Source: Octopus sinensis (taxonomy: Eukaryota). Taken from it: a DNA stretch of 64,000 nucleotides. Location of the stretch: assembly GCF_006345805.1 (NCBI RefSeq), contig NC_042998.1, positions 24,366,001-24,430,000 on the forward strand, written 5' to 3'. The notes under the pieces are model-generated. The model was not told the origin of the DNA, did no database searches, and saw nothing but the letters and a program-made list of their open reading frames with translations. Position numbers and translations under genes: made by a program. Positions 37,691-49,890 of this stretch are shown piece after piece (position 1 is the stretch's first letter; every line of letters begins with the position of its first letter).

Positions 37691-37873
37691 TTGTGTGTCC
37701 GATGCTGGTGTGTTTACGTCCCTGTCACTTAGCGGTTCGGCAAAAAGAGACCGATAGAATAAGTACAGGGCTTACAAAAAGAATAAGTCCCGGGGTCGAG
37801 TTGCTCGACTAAAGGCAGTGCTCCAGCATGGCCGCAGTCAAATGACTGAAACAAGTAAAAGAGTAAAAGAGTA
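37489..37873 (+). mobile_element. SINE S1 copy
   Basis: S1 head and (GAGTAAAA)n tail. Confidence 0.88.
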
Positions 37874-38032
37874 AGTAGAATGAAATAAAGTATTTTTCTG
37901 TTAGACAGTGTTCAAATACTATATGTGTTTCACTGTCTCTTTTCTAATGGTTTGATCAGAAAGATAGAGTCTGGATTCATAGCCTACACATGTGTCCTGA
38001 GACTGGTAAAGTCAATGCAGTTGATGTACCTC

Positions 38033-38269
38033 TTAACTCTTCAGCATTTTAGATTTACTCTGTCAAAGGTCAAAGGTAATATTTATTTATTCATATTGTT
38101 TTTGATTAATTGTGATTGTCATTTCTTGGCTGTGAGATTTCAATGACGTGATTAATCTTTTTAAGAATGACATTGCCAGGAGGTGTGAGAGGTCAGATCT
38201 TTCTGGTCTGAAAATAAAACAGGTAGAAATGTGGGCTATATGTGGCTAGTTTAAATACTAGAGACTTAA
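38033..38269 (+). mobile_element. Second piggyBac-type MITE family
   Basis: TTAA-CTCTTCAGCATTT ... AAATACTAGAGAC-TTAA; related terminal fragment at 56038-56090. Confidence 0.55.
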
Positions 38270-39897
38270 ACACTAGCAAATGGGTGGCTACAGGAAAAAT
38301 AATGTCAGTGAAGGTATTCCAGAAGATTAGTAATCTGGGTCGAAAGGACTGAAAGAAGTAGTTAGTGTAAAGCTTGGAGTAAATTCAATATGAACTGGTC
38401 AAAACGTTAGCACACTAGGCAAAATGCTTAGCTGTATTTCGTTTGTCATTATGTTCTGGGTTCAAATTCCACCGAGGTCGACTTTGCCTTTCATCCTTTC
38501 AGGGTCGATAAATTAAGTACCAGTTGCGTACTGGTCTCGATCTAATCGACTGGCCCACTCCCCAAAAATTTTGGGCCTTGTGTCTAGAGTAGAAAAGGAA
38601 ATATGGATGATGAGAAGAGGAAAGATGAAAGAGTGAATGAACGAATTGGGTAACCGGAGTGGAATCCTGGATGTGGGTTGTCTGTATTCTACTGTTGGCT
38701 TCAGCTGAGCTTTCATCATCATCATCATCATCATTTAGCGTCCGTTTTCATGCTAGCATGGGTTGGACGGTTCAACTGGGGTCTGGGGAGCCCGAAGGCT
38801 GCACCAGGCCAGTCAGATCTGGCAGTGTTTCTACAGCTGGATGCCTTCCTAACGCCAACCACTCCGAGAGTGTAGTGGGTGATTTTATGTGCCACCGACA
38901 CAGGTGCCAGACGAGGCTGGCGAACGGCCACGCTCGGATGGTGTTTTTTGTGCCACCGACACAAGTGCCAGACGAGGCTGGCAGACGGCCACGCTCGGAT
39001 GGTGTTTTTATGTGCCACCGACACAGGTGCCAGATGAGGCTGGCGGACGGCCACGATCGGATGGTGTTGTTACGTCCCCATATCCGTGTATATATGTCTT
39101 GCTTTAGATCTTTATGCTTAAGCTCTATAGGTACCTATTTCTTTATTACCCACAAGGGGCTAAACACAGAGCAGACAAACAAGGACAGACATAGGTATTA
39201 AGTCGATTACATCGACCCCAGTGCGTAACTGGTACTTAATTTATCGACCCCGAAAGGACGAAAGGCAAAGTCGACCTCGGTGGAATTTGAACTCACAACG
39301 TAACACAGACGTAAGCTCTATAGGTACCTGCATGGCTGTGTGGTAAAGAGTTTGCTTCCCAACCACATGGTCCCAGGTTCAGTCCCACTGTGTGGCACGT
39401 TGGGTAAATATCTTTTTACTATAGTCTCAAACCAATAAAGGCTTTGTGAATGGATTTAGTGGATGGAAGCCAAAGGAACCCCATCAGTGTGGCTGTGTGG
39501 TAAGAAGCTTGCTTCCAAACCACATGGTTCCAGATTCAGTCCCAATGCGTGGTCCCTTGGGCAAGTGTCTTCTACGATGACCACTAGTCAATTAAAGCTT
39601 TGTGGATAGATTTAGTAGACAGAAACAGAAAGAAGACCAGTGTGCTGGCAGAATCATTAGCACGCCGGGTGAAATGCTTAGCGGTATTTCGTCTGCTGTT
39701 ATGTTCTGAGTTCAAATTCCGCCGAGGTCGACTTTGCCTTTCATCCTTTCGGGGTCGATAAATTAAGTACCGGTAACGCACTGGGGTCAATGTAATCGAC
39801 TTAGTCCCTTTGTCTGTCCTTGTTTGTCCACTCTAAGTTTAGTCCCTTGTGGGTAGTAAAGAAATAAGAAACTGAAAGAAGCCTGTCATACATATAT

Positions 39898-40107
39898 ACA
39901 GTAATCTCTCACCATATCATGGTTCACCTTTCGCGGTTTATTATTTAAGCTTATGTCGATTCCTCTGTGGTGTTGCTTTGCATTTATAATAAAATAAATA
40001 TATGCAAATTATAAAAATAACAAAAAAATATACAGTATAGTACTGTTTCCACTTCGCAGATTTTCACCTATCATGAGGGGGTTTGGAGCATAACACTCAG
40101 GATAGTT
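39898..40107. mobile_element. Tigger-type MITE
   Basis: TA-CAGTAATCTCTC... and ...GAGGGATTACT termini are approximate inverted repeats. Confidence 0.5.
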
Positions 40108-42458
40108 GAGGGATTACTCTAGAGGGTAATTCAAAATGAATCGTAGAAAATGAAAACACATGTGAATGTTGTTTTAATGAATGTATTGCAAATATTTTTT
40201 CTATTTGTATCATTCATTTTGAATAACCCTGTATACTTATGTGTGTGTGTGTGCCTGTGTTTGTTCTCCACCACTGCTTGACAACCAGTGTTGGTGTGAT
40301 TACATCCCCCGTGACTTAGTGGTTTGGCAAAAGACACTGGTAGTATAAGTACCAGGCTTTACAAAACTAGCAAATACAGCAGACTATTTGTTCAACTAAA
40401 ATTCTTCAAAACGGTGACCCAGCATAGCTGCAGTCCAATGACTGAAACAAGTAAAAGATTAAAAGACAAAGAGACAATTCTCTAAGTCAAAAGGGTCCTT
40501 GGAGTGGGCATATCTGCTACCAAAAGACACTAATCATACATAATGATTTTGCTGTGTATAGCAGAGGGCTATACCTACATATGGTACTTATATAATTTTT
40601 TTATTTATTTATGCACCCTTTTCAAGCCTAGCCAGGCTCTTGGGCCCGGTTTCCAGGTTTCTATGGTGTATGTGTTCCCTCCAGCTGGACAGGATACCAT
40701 CCATTGCAGCATTACTCAAGAAACAGGAAGAGGAAGTGAGAGAATGTTGGGGCGAAAGAGTACAACAGGGGTCACGACCACCCCCTGCCGGAGCCTCGTG
40801 GACCTTTTAGGTGTTTTCAATCAATAAACACACACAACGCCCAGTCTGGGAATCGAAACTGCGATCCTCCGACCACGAGTCCATTGCCCTAACCACTGGG
40901 CCATTGCGCCTCCACACTTATTTAATTGGTAGTTCAAAAGAGCCATAGCACTAAAGATATAGGATATGTTTTTCATTTTTTTTTTCTTATAAAATGCTAT
41001 TTGAAATGCCATTAAATATGTGTGCAGTAGTCTTGCAAAATAGATATTATCTTCAGTATTTTTACTCCAAACAAAAAAATATAAAAGCAAAACAAATCGA
41101 GACAAACAAAACACTTTATAAATTAATTAGAGAGTAGTTATTTTATGTCTTTTAATGTTTATCAAAATTGCTTTAATTGCTAGCTTGGTCAAAAAATAAA
41201 GAATACATGTGATGTAGTATAGCTTTTGTTTAGCCTCAAGCCAGACTTGATTGATCAAGCAAGACCTATGATCAATGCCATTCTTCTCATGTACACTCGT
41301 TTTTTTTTATTTATATAACAGAATTTTTTTTTTATTTTAGATTACAGTAGGATGTGATTTGAGGAAAATTTGGCTGTTATTAGCAGGGTGTTGAGAGAAC
41401 ACATTGATGCTTTCTTTTGGGAGAGTTAGCGTGATCGTTGCCAGAGCAGCCAACTGGCTTCTGTGCTGGTGGCACATAAAAGGGCACCATTCGAGCGTGA
41501 TCGTCACCAACGTCGCTTTACTGGCACCTATGCTGGTGGCACGAGTAAAAAGATTCGAGTAAGGTCATTGCCAGTACCACCTGACTGGCCCCCGTACCGT
41601 GGCACATAAAAGGGCACCATTCGTGCGTGATCGTCACCAACGTCGCTTTACTCGCACCTGTACTGGTGGAATGTGTAAAAAGATTCGAGCGAGGTCATTG
41701 CCAGTACCACCTGACTGGCCTTTGTGCCTGTGGCATGTAAAACGCACCCACTACACTCTTGGAGTGGTTGGCGTTAGGAAGGGCATCCAGCTGTAGAAAC
41801 TCCGCCAAATCAAGATTGGAACCTGGTGCAGCCATCTTGTTCGCCAGCCCTCAGTCAAAATTGTCCAACCCATGCTAGCATGGAAAGCAGACGTTAAACT
41901 GTGATGATGATGATGATGATACATTTGACAGAAGTCAGAGTGAAGCACTGCAGATCCTCATCATCCTGTATATTTAGGTGTGTGCGTATCACTGTGGCTG
42001 TGTTTGTTCTACACCACTGCTTGACAACCAGTGTTGGTGTGTTTACGTCCCCGTAACCTAGTGGTTGACAAAAGACACTGGTAGTATAAGTAGCAGGCTT
42101 TGCAAAAGTAATAAGTTCTGTGCTTATATATATATTTCTTTACTACCCACAAGAGGCTAAACACAGAGGGGACAAACAAGGACAGACAAATGGATTAAGT
42201 CGATTACATCGACTCCAGTGCGTAACTGGTACTTAATTTATCGACCCTTAAAGGATGAAAGGCAAAGTCGATCTCGGTGGAATTTGAACTCAGAACGTAA
42301 CGGCAGAGGAAATACGGCTATGCATTTCGCCCGGTTTGCTAACGTTTCTGCCAGCTCACCGCCTTTTCTGTGCTTGTATATAGAGTAAATGCTGCATTTG
42401 TTGGGTATATAAATAGTTTGGCTATTTGTTTTTCTGGAGACTGTCAGAATGGTGTAGG

Positions 42459-42502
42459 CACCTCTGATGAGAACCAATAACGTTTGAAAATCGATTGAAG
42501 TT
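42459..42502 (+). ncRNA. Hammerhead motif (family H5), copy 1
   Basis: CACCT CTGATGA GAAC CAATAAC GTTT GAA AATCGATT G AAGTT; canonical core and palindromic helix III, but N17=G. Confidence 0.65.
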
Positions 42503-42595
42503 GTTCATCATTTTTTCATTCTGGCAAGAAATGGCTAAAAACTTTGCCCTGTTTATAATTATACCATATTTATTATATATTTATTATATCATACA

Positions 42596-43005
42596 GGCGC
42601 AGGAGTGGCTGTGTGGTAAGTAGCTTGCTAACCAACCACATGGTTCAGGATTCAGTCCCACTGCGTGGCATCTTGGGCAAGTGTCTTCTGCTATAGCCCC
42701 AGGCAGACTAATGCCTTGTGAGTGGATTTGGTAGACGGAAACTGAAAGAAGCTTGTCATATATATGTATATATATATATGTATGTGTGTGTGTTTCTGTG
42801 TCTGTGTTTGTTCCCCTAGCATTGCTTGACAACCGATGCTGGTGTGTTTACGTCCCCATCATTTAGCAGTTCGGCAAAAAGAGATTGATAGAATAAGTAC
42901 TGGGCTTACAAAGAGAATAAATCCCGGGGTCGAGTTGCTCGACTAAAGGCAGTGCTCCAGCATGGCCGCAGTCAAATGACTGAAACAACTAAAAAAGTAA
43001 AAGAG
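42596..43005 (+). mobile_element. SINE S1 copy between the two H5 repeats
   Basis: Full S1 head to tail. Confidence 0.9.
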
Positions 43006-43185
43006 AGTAGAGTTACCTTGATACTGTGTGGACTAAGATCCCCGTTGACAGGGTGCTGGTATTTATAGAGTGTTAAACACTTTCGGTATGCAAATTAGGG
43101 ACTCCTTCAAAGAGTAACTGCTGCATTTGTTGAGTATATAAACAGTTTGGATGATTACTTCTCTGGAGACTGTTAGAATGATGTG

Positions 43186-43235
43186 GACACCTCTGATGAG
43201 AACTCAATAAGGTTGGAAAATCAATTAAGGTTGTC
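43186..43235 (+). ncRNA. Hammerhead motif (family H5), copy 2
   Basis: GACACCT CTGATGA GAAC TCAATAAG GTTG GAA AATCAATT A AGGTTGTC; stem I GACACCT/AGGT-TGTC, UUA site. Confidence 0.65.
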
Positions 43236-43339
43236 TGTCATTTTTTTTTTCCAGTCTGCAGAGAAATGGCTAAAAAATTTGCTTTTTATAATTATACCCT
43301 CTGTTACATATATATAAATATATGTGTATATACACACAC

Positions 43340-43373
<34 letters not shown>

Positions 43374-43419
43374 GGGCACAGCTGTGCAGTAAGAAGCTTG
43401 CTTCCCAACAACACATACA

Positions 43420-43454
<35 letters not shown>

Positions 43455-43923
43455 CGAGAAGTTTTATGAAAATAAACAAAAGACGAAGGCAGGTGGAGTA
43501 CAAACAAACAATTGTATTAGTATAGCGCTCAGGAATAGAAATAGAAAAAGTCTTTTACATTTTGAGCCTACCCTCTTCGACAGAAAGATACACAGAAAGA
43601 AACAAGGAGAGAAACAAGGAGAGAAAAAAAGGAGAGAAAAAAGGAGAGAAAAAATGCGTGTAGGATCTAACGATTGATCATGGCGTCCTGACTATGACGG
43701 CTTCTTTCAGTTTCTGTCTACCAAATCCACTCACAAGGCTTTGGTCGGCCTGAAGCTATAGTAGAAGACACTTGCCCAAGATGCCATGTAGTGGGACTGA
43801 ACCCGGATTCACATTGATACAGAATGTGACAAAGCTGGTTCTTTCAATTACAGGTACAACTCATTTTTTGACAGCTGAGTGGACTGGAGCAACATGAAAT
43901 GAAGTACATTATTTCCATTATTA

Positions 43924-44002
43924 TGCCCACAGGCATATGGCAAAGTGGTTAAGAACGTGGGCTAATAACCCCAAGATTCTGAGCTCGATTCCAAGCAGTG
44001 AT

Positions 44003-44055
<53 letters not shown>

Positions 44056-44139
44056 TGGTAATAATAACATTGAAAAATACTTTAGGAATGGGAACCCAGG
44101 TTTGAAATTTCCCCAAGACACCTGATGAAGGCTGGAGGG

Positions 44140-44171
<32 letters not shown>

Positions 44172-45442
44172 TGTGTACAGTGCTCAGGTGCACTACAACT
44201 CATCTAAAGTGTATATATAATCAGGTGTAGTTTCGGCGGATTTCGGAAAGCATGAGGGCCTTAAAGGATGCAGTGTCATGGCAGTCAACAACTGACGCAG
44301 GCAGTTTATTCCACGCTTCAGCAACCCTGAGCGTGAAAAAATGTTTCCGAAAGTCATGGGAGCTGTGTTGTTTTCTGACTTTGTAGGCATGTCCACGTGT
44401 GTTAGACACATGGAGATCAAAAAGGTGTTCAGTGTTGTTGTTGTTGGTGAGGTGGTTGATAACCTTGTGGGTGTTTACCAAGTCCGTCGCCAGACGCCAG
44501 AGCTTCAGTGAATCCATGCCCAGGGAAACAAGGCGCTCAGAATATGGTAGGTGTCTGATGGAGGGTATGCGTTTGGTTGCACGTCTCTGGACAGATTCCA
44601 GGAGGTCAATGTTCTGAGCAAGATAGGGATTCCAAACTGATGATGCGAATTCCAAGTGTGGTCGTACCATAGTTGTATACAGTTTTAAATAGATGGCTGG
44701 AGAGCGGCTAACAAAAGTCTTGCTGAGTGATGCCAAGACACCCTCGCCTTCTTGACAATTTTAGAGATATGCTTTGTCCACGCAAATCACTGCTGACAGT
44801 GATGCCTAGGTCACGCTCGCAAGAGGATTTCTGATATCAGTGTTGTGGAGGGAGTATGTGGATGCAGGGTTTTTTTCTCCCAAAATGCATGGTGGTACAC
44901 TTGTCCACAGCCAGTTTCAGTTGCCAGTCTGTGATCCATTGCTGCATTGTGTCTAGGTCTGATTGCAGGAAAGAGTTGTAGACATCAGGATCAGTCCTCT
45001 TGATTTCAAGGTACAGCTTGATGTCGTCTGCATATTTCAATACTGTGGCATTCTTTAAATTGGCATCGATGTCATTAATGTATGCCACAAACAGGAGGGG
45101 ACCAAGGACAGATCCCGTTGGTACACCCGATGACATCTCATATGGTGTAGAGTGCTGTCCTAGAACTGTGACTACCTCCTTTCGGCTGAGGATGAAGGAT
45201 TTCAACCAGTTAAAAGGTCATCCCCCACACCCATTGCAGAGAGTTTCACCATAAGCCTTTTGTGTGGCACAGAGTTGAAAGCCTTAGCAAAGTCAAGGTA
45301 GACAACATCCACCCATGAGCCACTATCAGTGATCTGAGTAATGTCCTCAGCCGAAACGTTGTGTTAACAAGATGAAGACAATTATCTGTCAAATATAAAT
45401 AATGTACATAATTCCTTATCTCTGAATATATAGAACTGTATT
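43924..45442 (+). mobile_element. H1 SINE (tRNA head + HHR) interrupted by a LINE at 44145-45347
   Basis: Head TGGCAAAGTGG...GAGCTCGATTCC, (AAT)n, GACAC CTGATGA AGGCTG GAGGGTATAT | insertion | CAGCC GAA ACGT T GTGTT, then the H1 tail. Confidence 0.85.
44145..45347 (-). mobile_element. 5'-truncated CR1-clade LINE (RT C-terminal half, frameshifted)
   Basis: DVVYLDFAKAFNSVPHKRL, GVPTGSVLGPLLFVAYIND, KYADDIKLY, LYTTMVRPHLEFASSVWNPY, LESVQRRATK, TRGHAYK, FFTLRVAEAWNKLP; (TTA)n 3' tail at 44145-44170. Confidence 0.93.
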
Positions 45443-46511
45443 ATGAAATAAAGTGTCTTACTCAAAAACACAACACACTGCTGGTAGTTGAACTCATGAC
45501 CTCAAGATCATGAGTTTGAATACCCTAACCACTAAGCCATGTGCCTTCTCACATAGATTTATATGTACATACATACATACATACATACATACATACATAC
45601 ATGCATCCTCTATATCTCCCAGCCTTCAACCATCCATCCATCCATGCATAACTACATATATTTCAAGGAAGCGAGACTAGCAAGCCTTGATTATGTTTCA
45701 CCTTCTCAACATTCACCAGAACCTTTCATCACATGTGAAGAATACACATATATAACATGATCCAAATCATCAGAATAACGATGATTTCAGCTGAGGGGCT
45801 TCTTAGTTATTACAATGGATTCCCACGATTTGCTGTCTAATTTGTGACAAACAGAATTAAAATAAATCTTTGGTAATAATCTTATATGCATTAAACTGCA
45901 GGAGTGTTTATTTGCACCTGTCAAATTTTACCTTGGCTGTGTAATGACAAATGTAACCTCATCTAACGAGTATATAGTTGAACACTAAATAATAGTGATA
46001 AGGTGATTAATTTCTTTCAGTTCCTAAGTCAGCTTATTCAGAGCTCGCCATATTAATTGACATTAAAAACAGCAACTACAATAGCAATAACAACAACAAT
46101 AATAATCTTTTCTACTAAGGTACAAGGGCCTGAAATTTTGGGGGAGAGGAGTAGTCGATTATATTGACCCCCCACCTCCCAGTGTGTCACTGGTACTTTA
46201 TTTATTGGCCCCCCGAAAGGATGAAAGGTAAAGTTGACCTCGGTGGAATTTGAACTCAGAATGGGAAGGCAGATGAAATACCTATTTCTTTACTACCCAA
46301 AGGGGCTAAACACAGAGAGAACAAATAAGGACAGACAAACGGATTAAGTCGATTACATCGACCCCAGTGCGTAACTGGTACTTAATTTATCAACCCCGAA
46401 AAGATGAAAGGCAAAGTCGACCTTGGCGGAATTTGAACTCAGAAGGTAGTGGCAGACGAAATACTGCTAGGCATTTCGCCCGACATGCTAACGTTTCTGC
46501 CAGCTCACACT

Positions 46512-46554
<43 letters not shown>

Positions 46555-46724
46555 TAATAATAATGATATTGATGATGATAACAACAACAACAGCAACAGC
46601 AACAACAACAACAACGATGATGATGATGATGATGATGATGATGATAATAATGATAATGATAATAATAACAACAACAACAACAATAATAATAATAATGATG
46701 ATAATAATAATAATAATAATAATA

Positions 46725-46968
46725 AATTCTGCTCAATACCACAGATTTTTCTTGTCAGTTGTTTGACCTTAACCAGTTGAGCATGTCCCTTAGTGGCTGA
46801 CGATATGTGCATCTCTGATCACGAGCAGAAGTAGTGGGGGAGCATCATAGCCATGTGTTGAGAGGGATTCTTTGGGGGGTTGAATAGTTCACCTCTGGAA
46901 AACATGGGTGGTTCTTTCAACATCCTTAAAAACCCTATTCAGGGACCGTTTGAGCGGGATGGGCTACT
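46725..46968 (+). mobile_element. Family D internal fragment following (AAT)n
   Basis: Matches 53690-53900. Confidence 0.75.
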
Positions 46969-47127
46969 GGTGTCACTGGTACTTAATTTATCAACCCTGA
47001 AAGGATGAAACGCAAAGTCAACCACAGCAGATTTTGAACTCAGAGTGTGAAGATGGATGAAATGCCGCTAAGCATCTTGTCCAGTCTGCTAATGATTCTA
47101 CCAGCTCAATGTTTTAATAATAATAAT

Positions 47128-47180
<53 letters not shown>

Positions 47181-47185
<5 letters not shown>

Positions 47186-47466
47186 GATGGGCTACAGCAA
47201 ATATTCTGCTCAATACCACAGATTTGCTTGTCAGTTGTTTGAGCTTAACCAGTTGAGCATATCCCTTAGTAGCTGACAATATGTGCATCTCTGATCACGA
47301 GCGGAAGTAGTGGGGGAAGTATATGAGATCACCATGTCGCGCACAACAATGGTTGTGATGCATGTGCCTGGTGTACCCTTATCAGACAGGTAGTCATGAT
47401 GGGTATACTGGGCTTCGTATATTTTACCCCAGTGTCACTTTGATGGCATGCACTGCTCTCTCACTC
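47181..47466 (+). mobile_element. Family D, 5'-truncated and internally deleted, (AAT)n on both sides
   Basis: Starts TAAAAGATGGGCTACAGC and ends CTCTCTCACTCAA followed by (TAA)n. Confidence 0.8.
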
Positions 47467-47515
47467 AATAATAATAATAATAATAATAATAGTAATAATA
47501 ATAATAGTAATAATC

Positions 47516-47552
<37 letters not shown>

Positions 47553-48539
47553 TAGGAAGAAGCCTCTATGTGGTTACTCATTCTGCTAGAAATATCTACC
47601 AAATGTCCCCTTCAAATCACAACTGACTGTCTCTAAAAATATAAATGACACATTAAAAAAATGTTATCTTAGATACACTGATTGAATAAAAAGTGGGATG
47701 GCTATGGCTGGAATGTCTTTGGTTAAAGCGCTTCTCAATCACTGGTGATCTGAGCTAAACAACAAAAACATCAACAACTGCATGTACAAAATTAAGCAGC
47801 AATTGTGCTTAATTTATACTGAACTTCTCAGTTCATATTTTATGGCACCTGGTGCCAAGATTAATAAAAGACCGCACTATATATAAATATATGCTTCTCT
47901 ACACATCTATAAATTATTATAGCTGAATTTTGCACTACTATTCATTATTTCCAAATAAACTATTATTACAAGAGATAGAATGCCATATTTGTTATTGTTA
48001 AATCTCTAAAGACACATCAGGAAGAATTCTAAAAGAGGAGGAGAGAGAGAGAGAGGGAGTATGAGTGAGAAGCATATATCATATTGTTCACTGATTATTT
48101 AAAATGATACATTTGTGAAGTTCATGATAAAAATGACTTTTATCTATTTTTGATGTAAACCTGCTCAGTAAAACAGATATTTATAATATAAATATCTGAT
48201 TAGTTGGTGTGATTTAAATAATGTACATATTGCATTTAAAACAAGCTATATAAAGACTGATTTATGGTTGCTATAGCGATACATCAGAAATACAAGTCAT
48301 TAAATAAAATTCTTTTCAGAAAAATTTCAAAATAAATCAATTTTCTTTTTGAAATTTTGTTCAGCTTTAATGTGTTTATTTAAAATCTAATGTTTTCTGT
48401 GAAAGAAGGGAGTTTAATGACGATGGGAATATCCAGTAGAGTTTTTGGGTTTTGAATTTGGGTTTAACAGAATAAAGGAACTACAAATAGGAGGAACTGA
48501 TGGAGACATCCAAATGTGATTTCTGTATTAAGATAATAT

Positions 48540-48875
48540 TTAATGATGATGATGATGATGGCAATTATGATGACGATGAAGATGACGTTGATAATGATGA
48601 TGATGAAGGTGATGACAATAATGATGACAACGACGACAGTGATGATGAAGATGGTGATGAAGGTGGTGGTGAGGGTGACCATGAAGACGATAATGATGAA
48701 GACAATGATGAATATGATGACGATGATGATGTTGCGGATAGTGATGATGATGATGAAGTAGTAGATGATGATGATGATGGTGATGATAGGGAAAATGATG
48801 ATAGTGAAGATGATGATGGTGACAATGATAATGACAATGACGATAATGTGATGAAAACGATGATGACGACGATGA
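48540..48875. repeat. (GAT)/(GAC)-rich low-complexity tract
   Basis: Direct reading; the poly-Asp ORF is an artefact. Confidence 0.85.
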
Positions 48876-48876
48876 T

Positions 48877-49027
48877 ACATTATTTACATTATTTATATTA
48901 TTTACATTTGATGGATATTTGTCCTCATCTTGTTTGTTGTTAACTCAACGTTTTCGGCTGATATACTCTCCAGCCTTCATCAGGTGTCTTGGGGAAATTT
49001 CAAACCTGGATTCTCATTCCTTATTGA

Positions 49028-49061
<34 letters not shown>
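48877..49061 (-). mobile_element. H1 SINE 3' part with HHR at 48942-48988
   Basis: Minus strand GACAC CTGATGA AGGCTG GAGAGTATAT CAGCC GAAAACGTT GAGTT; end of the head (GTGACCTGAATAAC) retained. Confidence 0.75.
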
Positions 49062-49067
<6 letters not shown>

Positions 49068-49269
49068 GTTATTCAGGTCACCCCTCTACCCACCCCACTA
49101 CCATCTCTACTATATCAGTATCAGTGGAACTCAGGTTATGGAATGAAACCCCATTCATCCTTCTTTCATTCATCTTTCTCGCTCTGCTTCACCGCTTCCA
49201 TCATGTTTCATTTACCTCTCTACCATCACTGTAGTAGGAGGTGAAAAATCATGACAGTGTTGTAGAAGA

Positions 49270-49890
49270 TACTTGGTCTGATCAATAAATATCTAAAGTA
49301 CACAGAGTAAAGCTGCTTGGCAAAGATTGACCTTAATCTCTGCTGTGCAAGCACATTAAGTTTTAACATTCTTCCTCTCTTCCGCTGTCTACAGTAGTGC
49401 TTGGAAGGAAGGTGTGTAGCATGTGATCATTGCATTGACCATGACAAAAAAAGTTGAGCAGAAAATCTGCATCAAATTTTGCCAAAAGCTTGGTGATACC
49501 AGCTCAGAGACCTAAGCAAAATTTTCAAAAAGTTTACATTGTTCTCGATACAATCAAAGAGATCTTGTGCAGCGGAAACCCAAGTGTCATTTTGGCCAGT
49601 TGAAAGCAGCTTCAGCACAAACTTGAAAAACAGAAACCTCATACCCAAATCTTCAGTGATAATGGACTGAACTGAACTGTAACTAATCTGTACATCCCCT
49701 GATAGCTCACAGATGGTGATTCAACAATTTCCCCGCACAGCTACACGCAAATCTGCGATATTTTTCTCAGTTCTGCTGGTTGTGGATCTCCCAGAACGTT
49801 CGTCAATATTGACCTTTTTCCAGCCATCTTGAAAACATCTGAACCAGAAAGTGTCTCAATAAATTGTCACAACAGTTGTAGTTGTGACAC
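49270..49890. mobile_element. mariner transposase remnant with an internal inversion
   Basis: + strand MTKKVEQKICIKFCQKLGDTSSET from 49441; - strand FQDGWKKVNIDERSGRSTTSRTEKNIADL...ITICELSGDVQISYSSVQSIITEDLGMR...NFL from 49840 to 49523. Confidence 0.75.

Noticed and set aside
38878-39075. Regular ~63-bp repeats considered as a CRISPR-like array
   Set aside because: Units are wholly repeated with no unique spacers, there are no cas genes, and the context is eukaryotic
38659-39201. 180-aa ORF with internal repeats
   Set aside because: Read-through of family R minisatellite units and SINE S2
48500-48943. 147-aa Asp-rich ORF
   Set aside because: Translation of a GAT/GAC microsatellite running into an H1 repeat tail
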